Source of the DNA: Octopus bimaculoides
Taxonomy: Eukaryota
NCBI RefSeq assembly: GCF_001194135.2
Contig: NC_069003.1
Coordinates: forward strand, 24,724,169 to 24,762,886
Length of the DNA stretch: 38,718 nt
Reading direction: 5' to 3'
Position 1 is the stretch's first letter, and every line of letters begins with the position of its first letter. Of this stretch, positions 1 through 10,475 are shown in pieces. Made by a program: the position numbers and the translations under genes. Under the pieces are notes generated by a model. That model ran no database searches. It worked only from the letters and a program-made list of their open reading frames with translations, and was not told the DNA's origin.

Positions 1-469
1 CTTCGGTCATGAATGATGACAGGATGCACCTAGAAAGTTCCCCTCCGAGGCACAAGTCTGGGCAAAGTTGTTTATGGAAGACCAGCCATCACCCATGCAT
101 ACCAGCCACCCGCTCTCCACGTCATTAAATGTAGATAGGGTAAAGGATAAAGACCTCCTTTAGTCATGGATGATCATGGGATTGCACCTAGAAAGAGTTA
201 CTCTTCCAGGCTCAAATCTGGGCAAGGTTATTTTATGGAAGACCAGCCATCAACCATGCATACCAGCCACCCGTTTTCCATGTTATTATATGTACATAGG
301 GTAAAGACCTCCTTTAGTCATGGATGACCATGGGATTGCACCTAGAAAGAGTTCCCCTTCCAGGCTCAAATCTGGGCAAGATTGTTTTATGGAAGACCAG
401 CCATCACCCATGCATACCAGCCACCCGCTCTCCACGTCATTATATGTACATAGGGTAAAGGGTAAAGAC
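1..469 (-). repeat. Tandem array of a ~155-160 bp module (SINE family C 3' tail plus linker); may continue left of the window
   Basis: CTCCTTTAGTCATGG recurs at 155, 309 and 470, with an equivalent at position 1. Units share GCACCTAGAAAG...TCTGGGCAAG...TATGGAAGACCAGCCATC...CCATGCATACCAGCC. Confidence 0.9.
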
Positions 470-755
470 CTCCTTTAGTCATGGATGACCATGGGATTGC
501 ACTTAGAAAGTTCCCCTCCAAGGCACAAGTCTGGGCAAGGTTGTTTTATGGAAGACCACTAATCACCCATGCATATCAGTCACACCTCCCAATGCCACTG
601 ATGTTATCTAAAGGAAAAGCAAAGGCTGATACAGCTTGACACCAGTCACGTCACAACTCATTTCTACAGCTGAGTGAATTGGAACAACGTGAAATAAAGT
701 GTCTTGCTCAAGAACACAACACAGCCTGGTCCAGAAATCAAACCCGCAACATCAC
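470..755 (-). mobile_element. tRNA-derived SINE family C, head partly truncated
   Basis: Same body as 22479-22960 and 29717-30041 (CTCATTTCTACAGCTGAGTGAA...AAAGTGTCTTGCTCAAGAACACAAC). Confidence 0.85.
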
Positions 756-894
756 AAACAGAAATATGGTAACAAAAGGGTTAACATCAACCATTTGGTT
801 GTCCATAGGTAGACATTTTAGAAAATACATTAAACTGTTATATTCATTTTACAATTATATCTCGAGGTCTTCAAATTTTCGTTGGACTTCTGTG

Positions 895-949
895 ACCTGG
901 TCACTGACATAGTTCCATAGTAGCTCGTTAAAATGAGTAATTGCCAAGT

Positions 950-980
<31 letters not shown>

Positions 981-1583
981 ATTAATCTCAAGAGATTTTA
1001 TTATTTACCTTTTTTTTTTTGAAATTTTTGTTTTGTTTTTGTTGAACTTTTGGAAATATGGGTCTGTGGTATAGTTGTTTGACCTCCTGTCATGAGTCAG
1101 TGTTAGTCACTTTTAGGTTGTAGTCTCTTGTTGGCTTTTGATTTGTGCTTTGTACTTGGCAGCAAGCAACTAATTTTCAAGATCTGCATTGGAATTGTGT
1201 CAGTGACAAAAGTTACAGTGATGTGACCAGACTTTTAACAGTTCAAAGAAAGTAAAAGCGAAAAACGGTTTTTCTGTGTTAAGTGACTGAAATGGTTTCT
1301 CCACAACATAATTCTTTCAATTTCAACAGATTATATCAGATCAGTCATTAACCAAATAAATACAAAACACATTCAAACACCAATGAGGTCTTCAACCTAA
1401 TAGTGACCAACACTGACCCGTGTCAAGAGGTCAAACTGCAATACAATCAACTCATTATTTCCAAAAGTTCAACAAACACACAACAAAAATTTCCAAAAAA
1501 GTAATGAAAAATTTCTTGAGGCCAATAAAAACTTGGCAATTATCCAATTTCTTTTGCTGCAATGCAACTGTCAGCGACCAGGT
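895..1583. repeat. Long imperfect inverted repeat (arms ~895-1157 and ~1359-1583, spacer ~200 bp); possibly an old foldback/MITE
   Basis: 1021-1058 matches the reverse complement of the right arm at 36/38. The GTTTGACCTC...TTAGGTTG block matches at about 38/44. Outer ends ACCTGGTCACTGACA / TGTCAGCGACCAGGT. Confidence 0.85.
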
Positions 1584-1604
1584 ATGTCAGGCATNNNNNN
1601 NNNN

Positions 1605-2052
1605 ATGGGGATGTAAACAAACCAACACCAATTGTCAAGCAGCGGTGGGGAACAAACACAGACACAAATGTGTGCGTGTGTATGTACACACGCACACACA
1701 CACACACACACAACAGGCTTCTTTCGGTTTCTTATTTCTTTATTGCCCACAAGGGGACAAACAAGGACAGACAAAAGGAATTAAGTCGACCCCAGTGCGT
1801 AACTGGTACTTAATTTATCGACCCCGTAAAGACAGACGAAATACCGCTAAGCATTTCGCCCGGCATGCTAATGTTTTCGGCCAGCTTGCTGCCTTACTTT
1901 TCGTTCAGTTTCCGTCTACCAAATCCACTCGCACAGCTTTAGTTGCCTTAAGGCTATAGTAGAAGACACTTGCCCAAGGTACCATGCAGCGGAACTGAAT
2001 CCAGAACCATGTGGTTGGAAAGCAAGCCTCTCACCCCACACCCACACCTGCA
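1605..2052 (-). mobile_element. SINE family B (tRNA head, CORE-like CCTTGGGCAAGTGTCTT segment), interrupted by a family A copy
   Basis: Consensus GGCTTCTTTC|AGTTTCCGTCTACC is split at 1731/1904. Reverse-complement head lies at 1975-2050. Confidence 0.85.
1732..1893 (-). mobile_element. SINE family A, internally deleted, nested in the family B copy
   Basis: Matches 12586-12814 and 38427-38665. Flanked by TTCGGTTTC (1723-1731) and TTCAGTTTC (1904-1912), a probable TSD. Confidence 0.85.
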
Positions 2053-2345
2053 TATCAGGAACACTAAACAACAACCATCACAGAATTTCAATATTTCTAA
2101 TTCCTGGATGCGGTTTTATAGCCTCGAGTCAGCAATCTGTCACCATATAAAAATGTCAGAACTAACATCCTTATGTACTTAGCTTCACTGTGAAATTAAC
2201 CCCAATCAGGGCCCTTTTGGCAGCTTGCAATGTCGATCAAATCAAATGGTTTTCTTATGTAACAACTCATCCACAGAAATGAATCTACTTCTTCCCAAGA
2301 TGTTGAGTATTTGTTCTATAGTTTGTAGAATGGTATTCTACTGTA

Positions 2346-2560
2346 ATCATCAACATTTAATGTGCATTTTCCATGCTGACATGGGTTGGACAGTTTAATA
2401 GGAGCCAGCAAGGCCAGGGGCTGCACCAGGTTCCATAGTCTGTTTTCGCTAGATGCTCTTCGTAACACCAACCACTTTACAAATTGTACTGGGTGCTTTT
2501 TACATGGCACCATCACCAGTGCTTTTTACAAGGTACCATCACCAGTGCTTTTTATGTGGC
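2346..2560 (-). mobile_element. Family D (GAT)n-tailed retroposon fragment with three 26-bp internal repeats
   Basis: Reverse complement resembles 7420-7613 and 18320-18533. GTGCTTTTTA...GCAC-type units start at 2493, 2519 and 2545. Confidence 0.75.
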
Positions 2561-2636
2561 ACCAGCACTTTCTAATTAAATGCAAAATATATAAATAAAG
2601 AAACAAAGGAAATAATAAATAAATAAATATACTTAC

Positions 2637-4701
2637 CAAAGAATTTGGCTTCAGATGGAAGGACAGGTTCAAATGGAGTTGAAGCAAATGAGTGGAATGG
2701 ATCCCCGTAGGAATTGAATTTCTCATAGTTTCGTATTTGTGAAAAGTTATGGTTGAAGGTTTGAGAGGGGAAAGGGGGTTCGACTGGTCCTAATACATCA
2801 TCAGTCTCTGGATCAATGTCCTCCATCTCTAATTTCATAGGAACTACAGTCATGTTGAAAAAACTTGGAGAAGCAGCCTCTTTTGCTGTGGCTGCTGGAA
2901 TTTGTAATCTTGTCCGAACTGTAGCCAGAACCATGGCCATGACTCTGTCAAATGAGCAAAAATATGTCTCCCACAGAAATCGGCCCTGACGACGCATTTC
3001 TGCAATAATAGTGTCTGTATATGTACGTAGGAGAAAGTGCAGCTCTGTTATTCGAGGCTTTGGCAATATTATGATGGCTTTTTGCCAGTCTATTAGCTCA
3101 CTAAATGGTAACTGTACATAATTGCCTAAAACCACAGGAATCGAGCCATACTTCAAGGCTTCCAATAGCCTGATATGTATCAAAGGAGTTGATATGAAGG
3201 AAGTATTTTTGGGTGCAATGATTAAAGTGAAAGTAGACTGCATGATAACTTCACGGCGGTACAGGTCACTCTCGCACAGTGACCACTCGCCAGCTATTGC
3301 GATTCGCTCGGGGGATGTGCGACAGGAAAACACAAACGAAAAGGGGTCTGTCTTTAAGGACTGAATCCCTTTCAGAGTATCCAGAATAATGGTGTCTAGG
3401 TTCTTATTTAGTACTTGCTCAGATATCAGACTCTTCAGTTGTCGAACCCGGTAACTTTGTTCATTGAAATCACTGTTTGCATGGCTGTTATTATTTACAT
3501 TATTTTTTACACCATTATTATTGCTGTTGTTAATGTTGCTGTTGATGTTGTTGCTGAGATTTTCAGTGTCGGCGTTTTGCTGACCGTCAGGGTTTGGCTC
3601 AATATCTACAATGGTCTTTAAGTGACTTGCTGGCAGTGGTTTGGAGTCCGGATGTTCTCCAGCATAGCTGAGTAAATACTTCCTCTGTATTGGAGACATG
3701 TGTGTCATGTCTTTCCAGCTGGATGTACTCAGCCATGACCGAATCACTGGAGGGATGATAATGTTGAAATCACGACGGAATGAAGACGATGTGAAAAATG
3801 TGTTGACTAAGATGGCACGACCGGTATTTACATTGTTAATTAATTCGAGGTCCGACAAGCGCTTACTAAAGGATATTAAGATGTGGTTGCGGCCATCGCC
3901 ACGCCAGTATGGCAATTTTAGCAACAGCAATTGCAAGGATCTTGCACGCACACCTCGGAGCTCACCAATGAAAACTATAGAAACACAAGCAATGTTCGGA
4001 TCGACTGTAAGATAATCCTTTAAAAAACTGGACTGCTGAAGATTTAACAAAAGGTCAGGGTTCATGTGTTTTCCGATTAAAAATTTTTGAGGGTTGTAAA
4101 TATACACAGGAAATTTCGAAATAAGGGAACAGCGAGAATAGTCAAAACAATTATGCATCTGGCAAATGCTGGGATATCTTGGTAAAGGTATGTAGAGACT
4201 ATCTGAAGCATTAGGGCGGATGATTTTCGGGGCAAGCAACAGAGGGACATTTTGCTTGGTTATTTCTTCTTTCTCCATTTTTACTTGGGCGATTGTGATT
4301 TTTAGACGTTCTAAATCTCTTCTCAGTTTTTCATGCTCATTCTTCAGTCTTTGAATGTTCGTATTGTAACCTGAGAGTTCTGCTTGCAGGTGCTGGCGCT
4401 TGCTTTCTAATAATCGCAGTTCGTTGTTGACAGACGCACGAATTTGCTTCAGCTCACTGACATGCAAGCAAAGGTCAATCTTTTCCAGCTTTTCATTGTC
4501 TTCGCCCAAATGGTTCGGTTTGGAATGTGACTGATCACCTTCACTGCTGGCATTATCACCACTGATTTTAGATAGATAATAATGGGAAAGGAAAATTAGA
4601 AGTGCGAACACCAGCACCAGGAATGTGATCAAACGAAACAAATTCCGATATGTAACTCGGGCAAAGCAAGCCCTTTGCTTGAGGAGGTCAAGATTCAACA
4701 T
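2637..4701 (-). CDS. EXTL3: Exostosin-like 3 / brother of tout-velu, first coding exon (688 codons plus 1 nt): type II TM anchor, coiled-coil stem, GT47/exostosin domain; gene continues left of the window
   Basis: Long ORF with TM segment LITFLVLVFALLIFLSHYYL and a coiled coil at about aa 75-150. EXTL3-type motifs CQMHNCFDYSRC, DGRNHILI, EALKYGSIPVVLG, LPKPRITELHFLLR, MRRQGRFLWETYF, LGPVEPPFPS and PFEPVLPSEAKFFG. Canonical donor TTG|GTAAGT at 2637/2636. Confidence 0.95.
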
Positions 4702-4793
4702 ATTAAGTAAGAATATGGGAGATCTGGCTACAGCGCATCACAAATAGAAGTGGATTTGGGTAACTCAGGGTTAAAAGTTTGTGATTGATTCTT

Positions 4794-5166
4794 ATGAGAT
4801 ACAATGGTAAGTGCATTGTTTAAGTATGAAAAAGACTTATTTTAATATAACTTTATCTGTGATGCTTTTCCCAACCAGTATATCTCTCTTTTTTATTTTC
4901 CTGTTTCAGAGCGTTTGATGAAAAAAACAATGACTAAAATGAAATCAATGGATGTGACATATTATTACGATGGTGGAATATCTCCAGTAAACTGTCGCGT
5001 GTTTTCAACGAGGTTAAAAAACGAATGTAAAGTATTTATAATCCATTTAAAACTATCGTTATATAATGCTGAAATTATATATGCATTAGAAAAGATATTC
5101 AATAATATATACAGTTCTCGAATAAAGTACGATTTGGTTGACTTTAGCATAAAGTATATAAAGTAA
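4794..5166 (+). other. Candidate spliced antisense ORF (ATG at 4794, intron 4807-4909, stop at 5166; 89 aa, no recognisable homology)
   Basis: Donor ATG|GTAAGT at 4806/4807 and acceptor TCTCTCTTTTTTATTTTCCTGTTTCAG|A at 4909/4910. Splicing joins MRYN-E-R in frame with the 4915-5166 ORF. Confidence 0.25.
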
Positions 5167-6054
5167 AAAAAGATATGAATTAGGAATAATTCTTCAATTT
5201 TTGGTGTACACAATAACATCATGGATTCCAAACAGAGAAGAGAAAAAAATAAAAAATAAAAAAAACTTATTTTAACTAATCAATATGTAAGATTATTATA
5301 TATATATAATATTGGATAGATGAAGATAATATTGGTTAAGATGAAAGGGAACCATAAAAATTGTTTAGTATTATATTCCCAAGAGGCCTTTAAATACAAT
5401 ATTCAGTCTATATTTACAGATGATGCCAGCAAATCCCTGTACGTTTCATATTAGAGCTTCATGTGATTCTTACACATGGGTCCAAATAGCCCAAACTGTT
5501 TGCAATTAGTGGCACAAAATAAAAAGTACTCAATATACCAGATAGAGTAACTATATTTTAAGTAGAATTCTTTGTTGATATGCCATCTGATGAATGCTTC
5601 TCCAGTGTGAAACTTGAAGTAATGGGGAAGCTGTCAACTGAAATACCAATTATATGCGTATGTGCGTGTATGTAAGTGTGTGCGCATGCGAGTACATGTA
5701 TTTGTTATATATTTTCTTTAAATTAGTAAACAAAAAAATTATTTTCAAACTCCGTAAGAAATTGCTGTAATTTTATGTGTCCAGCTATACTAAAAAAAAA
5801 AAAAAAAAATGATGTGATAGCATTTTAAAACTGGCCCAAAATAGATATGAAGACAAAATGACTGAAGATGGATTGGTTAGCGAATGGAAAATAAGAACAA
5901 TGCAGTTAGGATACAAGACGTAACAAGAAAGATAGAGAGGGAAAGAGAGACAGGGAGAATGAAAGAGGGATCATGAGTCTTTAAATGAAGTAACTTGACT
6001 GGTGAATGGATACAACATGAGAAATCTTGATCCCAGTCCGGACTTTGGAATTAC

Positions 6055-6287
6055 CAGTTTTCTAAGACAACTCCTCTTAGGTAAAACCATCAGGGAATTG
6101 TTAAACATGATTGGTCCATTAGTCAAAATATTCTTCAGAATTGATTCCATTGCAAGTAAATAGAAGCGGATGTGATGTTATTGCCAGGTAGAAAATGGTT
6201 TGTGAGATGCTGGTTATCATTTTGTTTGTAAAGATCTGCCTTGAGATTATCGAAGTTTTCTTTCTTTTAAACTTTGCTGTTAATTTT
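6055..6287 (-). other. Candidate non-coding 5'-UTR exon of EXTL3 containing a 33-codon uORF
   Basis: Very strong minus-strand acceptor (TTTCTTTTCTTTTTTTCTTTTCTTTTTTTTTTCCAG|A, AG at 6289-6288) and a plausible donor CTG|GTAATT at 6055/6054. Confidence 0.5.
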
Positions 6288-6460
6288 CTGGAAAAAAAAA
6301 AGAAAAGAAAAAAAGAAAAGAAATTAATGTGGCAAATAAATACAGAATACTTTAGGAAAAAATTAAAATTTTCAATAAGAAAGTAAAGGTAAATCTTTTC
6401 CATTTTTATTCAATTGATTTTTAATGATGATTTAAAAAAGAAATCCCAAAAGATTTTGGT

Positions 6461-6565
6461 TTCCGAGGCTATAGTAGAAGACAATTGCCCAAGGTGCCAT
6501 GCAGTGGGACTGAACCCAGAACCAGGTGGTTGGTAAGCAAGCTACTTACCACACAGCCACTCCTG
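6461..6565 (-). mobile_element. SINE family B head fragment
   Basis: Reverse complement reads CAGGAGTGGCTGTGTGGTAAGTAGC...GGGTTCAGTCCC (A- and B-box-like), then CCTTGGGCAA. Confidence 0.85.
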
Positions 6566-7419
6566 ATATAGGCCTACTCAAAGTACAAACGTATGCATAT
6601 GCTTTATGAGATATGTCGACCACAATCGCTTAATTACATAAAGAGGAGTCGGAGTCAAAGTTTTTTGCTTCAACTCCACAGCCCATTTTTAAACATTGAA
6701 TGGCTAAAGGGGTCCACCAGAATAGAATAGTAATCAACGGGGTCCAGAGAAACAACAGATGAGAATAACAGATATTTTGGCTCATTGAGAAAAGTCTGGC
6801 AGAATTAACAGGTTAAGCATTAACCCATTAGNNNNNNNNNNNNNNNNNNNNNNNNNNNNNNNNNNNNNNNNNNNNNNNNNNNNNNNNNNNNNNNNNNNNN
6901 NNNNNNNNNNNNNNNNNNNNNNNNNNNNNNNNNNNNNNNNNNNNNNNNNNNNNNNNNNNNNNNNNNNNNNNNNNNNNNNNNNNNNNNNNNNNNNNNNNNN
7001 NNNNNNNNNNNNNNNNNNNNNNNNNNNNNNNNNNNNNNNNNNNNNNNNNNNNNNNNNNNNNNNNNNNNNNNNNNNNNNNNNNNNNNNNNNNNNNNNNNNN
7101 NNNNNNNNNNNNNNNNNNNNNNNNNNNNNNNNNNNNNNNNNNNNNNNNNNNNNNNNNNNNNNNNNNNNNNNNNNNNNNNNNNNNNNNNNNNNNNNNNNNN
7201 NNNNNNNNNNNNNNNNNNNNNNNNNNNNNNNNNNNNNNNNNNNNNNNNNNNNNNNNNNNNNNNNNNNNNNNNNNNNNNNNNNNNNNNNNNNNNNNNNNNN
7301 NNNNNNNNNNNNNNNNNNNNNNNNNNNNNNNNNNNNNNNNNNNNNNNNNNNNNNNNNNNNNNNNNNNNNNNNNNNNNNNNNNNNNNNNNNNNNNNNNNNN
7401 NNNNNNNNNNNNNNNNNNN

Positions 7420-7613
7420 TGGCTTCCATGCCGGTGGCACGTAAAAGCACCCACTACACTCTCAGAGTGGTTGGTGTTAGGAAGGGCATCCAGCTGTAGA
7501 AACTCTGCCAGATCAGATTAGAGCCTGGTGCAGCCATCCGGTTCGCCAGTCCTCAGTCAAATCGTCCAACCCATGCTAGCATGGAAAGTGGATGTTAAAC
7601 GATGATGATGTTG
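7420..7613 (+). mobile_element. Family D retroposon 3' part
   Basis: GGTGGCACGTAAAAGCACC...AGGAAGGGCATCCAGCTGTAGAAA...CCATGCTAGCATGGAAAG followed by a (GAT)n tail. Similar to 15563-15835 and 33253-33597. Confidence 0.85.
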
Positions 7614-8210
7614 ATGTTTTGTTAATGACAGTGTAAAAAATTCCAAATAAACCAACAAATATAAGATTGTATAAATCAAAATTTCAATTAGAAATTGAGA
7701 AAAAAAAAAAAAACTTTTTTGTTGTGAATCAAGAAGAGATTTGTCATCAAATGTAGAAATGGTGCTTAATGACGGTTTAATGTATAACGTGTGACATCAT
7801 TTTACAGTGGAATTCAAGGGCCCTTATCTGACAAGGAAAAGCAAGAGTGAAAAAGGAACTGACAGTGTAGTGGGAGAAAATACTTTCTGAAGTTCTAAAG
7901 GAAATGACAATCAGGAAAACTCTTAGATATCAACGGTGCTGAGGGAGTAGATATTCAATTATGTTTATGGGATTCTTTTTTAATGAGTGGTAAGTGTACT
8001 TAAATGGTAGGTGGGCTGGTATTAAGTCTATATACACTCAGATGCTTCAATTCAATAAAACAATTAGAGTGTGAAGATATTTTTAGAGGACAAACAGACT
8101 GTGAGCAGTTTAAGAGAAAAGGAACAAATGAGTAAATAGTTAAGTACATACAAGTACCTTGACCTATTCTCTCTTTAATACATTAGTTACATACTTACTA
8201 TTTAATCCCG

Positions 8211-8470
8211 TGAGGACACATGGCTGAGTGGTTATGATGTTGCACTTGTAATTATGAGATCGTTGTTTCAATTCTTGGAGAGGGCGGTGCATTGTGTTCT
8301 TGGGCAAAAACACTTTAATTCACATTGCTCTGCAATCACTTTGATATCTGACACGTGGCACAGGGAGCACCTGTTCAGGTAACATCAGTTTGATGGAGAG
8401 AATGAGGAGCTAATGTATGGCACACATATATTTGACCACTATAGACAAACCATTCGTGCAGGTTGTTCAA
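8211..8470 (+). mobile_element. SINE family C-related variant
   Basis: Head TGGCTGAGTGG...GTTTCAATTC, then TGTGTTCTTGGGCAAAAACACTTT. Body matches the reverse complement of 32030-32216. Confidence 0.65.
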
Positions 8471-8811
8471 AAACCGTCTTTCTTGAAAAATTAGAGGTGG
8501 GCATAATGACTATCATCATTAGACCCACCTCTAAATGATGTCTCACTGTCTCGAGTGTTCAGACTATATTTATCTTCTGAAACAATAATATATGATTTGC
8601 GGAAGAGCTGGCTGCTGCTGTCTTTGAAAAGTGCTTAATATACAGAAAACAAGACGGTAACAACTGGAAAGTGTTTTATCATATTAATGACCTGTAGGGA
8701 CATTTTCCATTATACAACCATAATATACTACAAAGTATATTAAACGTTTTTATAAGTCAATACTGTGTTCTACTGTGTTAGCAGTGCTATTAAATCACTT
8801 GTTAAGGTTAT

Positions 8812-9179
8812 ACTCTTTTACTTGTTTCAGTCATTTGACTGTGGCCATGCTGGAGCACTGCCTTTAATTGAGCAGATTGACCTCAGGACTTATTCTTTGT
8901 AAGCCTAGTACTTATTCTATCAGTCTATTTTGCTGAACCGCTAAGTTACGGGGATGTAAACACAACAGCATCGGTTGTCAAGCGATATTGGGGGGACAAA
9001 CACAGACACACACATACATACATATATATATATATATATTATATATACGATGGGCTTCTTTCAGTTTCCGTCTACCAATTCCACTTGCAAAGCTTTGGTC
9101 AGCCGAAGGTGCCATCCACCAGTAGGATTGAGCTCAGAACCATGTGGTTGAGAATCTTATAACACAATTACACCTGTGC

Positions 9180-9181
<2 letters not shown>
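8812..9181 (-). mobile_element. SINE family B, near full length
   Basis: Tail ACTCTTTTTACTTGTTTCAGTCATTTGACTGTGGCCATGCTGGAGC, central (TA)n, core GGCTTCTTTCAGTTTCCGTCTACC, degenerate head. Confidence 0.9.
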
Positions 9182-9242
<61 letters not shown>

Positions 9243-10309
9243 CATATATATATATATAATATACTTTTCCGTGAGGATAAGATCAACAAAAAAAGTACTC
9301 CACCTGATGAGAGATAAGTATTATATAACAGACACACGTTTTTATGTGCAACTAATAGTTTCATACATTGAGAAATACCTGGAGCATACTCATCAGACAC
9401 AAACCACATACCATAACAAAATAAAAAATTGAATGAGAAAAAACATATATTGTGTCTATCAAATGTCTATTAAATGATATCCATGTATTTTGAATTTACA
9501 CTAATTCTTGATTCCATTACACATAAGACCACCTCTAACTTTGTGATATGAAACATTTTGTTTCAAAGTGTTCATATTGGAATTAAAAACTGTTATCATA
9601 GTTTTAACAAAGAATGCTTCAGTTTAAGTTATGCTACAAACAGCAGTTTAACAATAAGGAAGTTAGTTGAAATGCATAAGGACTGTATTATATTACAGAT
9701 ATGGTCATTATTATGAAACTATTTACTTTTCATGTGAAAACTTTGAGAATGAAAAGTTTTGTATCATAGAAATCAGGCGGCTTGTTATCAAAATAGTTAT
9801 AGTTTTAGAATTACATTACTACGTCTAAGTTCCACGAACTAGAGCAAAAGTTCTTATCTCATTCAGGGTGGAATTTCCTTTCAGGATATCATGAAATCTT
9901 ATGAGAATAAACCTAAGGAAACATATGAATGGTATTTGTTTGCAGCTTATAATGTATACACACAGATACATACACATATTTATATCCTTATCTAAACGAA
10001 CCTTATTATATGATGTATGCAAACTCAAGGAAGTAACTGCAAGCTTAAATATCATTTATATGTGATTTTAGATTAATTTTTTTTAAATTGTCAAATATAT
10101 TATTTACGGCAAAATTTTTTAAAATGCATAAATGAGTGGTTAAGAAGTTTTCTATGCAATTCCATAGTCTCTGCTTCCACAGCCTGACATTTTAGGCAAG
10201 GGTCTTCTAACATAGCCTTAGGCTGATCAATGCCTTGTGAATGAAATTGGAAGGTAGACTATGAGGAGACTTGTATGTATGTGAGTATACATTTTAATTT
10301 TTCACCATA

Positions 10310-10475
10310 GGCGCAGGAGTGGCTGTGTGGTAAGAAGCTTGTTTCCCAACCACATGGTTCCAGTTCAGTCCTACTGTGTGGCACCTTGGGTAAGTGCCTT
10401 CTACTATAACCTTGGGCTGACCAAAGCATTATGAGTGGATTTGGTAAATGGAAGCTGAAAAAAGTCCACTGTATA
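10310..10475 (+). mobile_element. SINE family B head and core (an older degenerate copy precedes it at ~10130-10270)
   Basis: GGCGCAGGAGTGGCTGTGTGGTAAG...CAGTTCAGTCC...CCTTGGGTAAGTGCCTT. Confidence 0.85.

Noticed and set aside
679-2726. Short ORFs in the track (679-912, 1420-1959, 1970-2182, 2316-2726 etc.)
   Set aside because: They lie in SINEs, the inverted repeat or antisense to EXTL3, with no recognisable protein motifs.
3122-4015. Plus-strand ORFs within the EXTL3 exon
   Set aside because: Expected antisense shadows of a real coding sequence.
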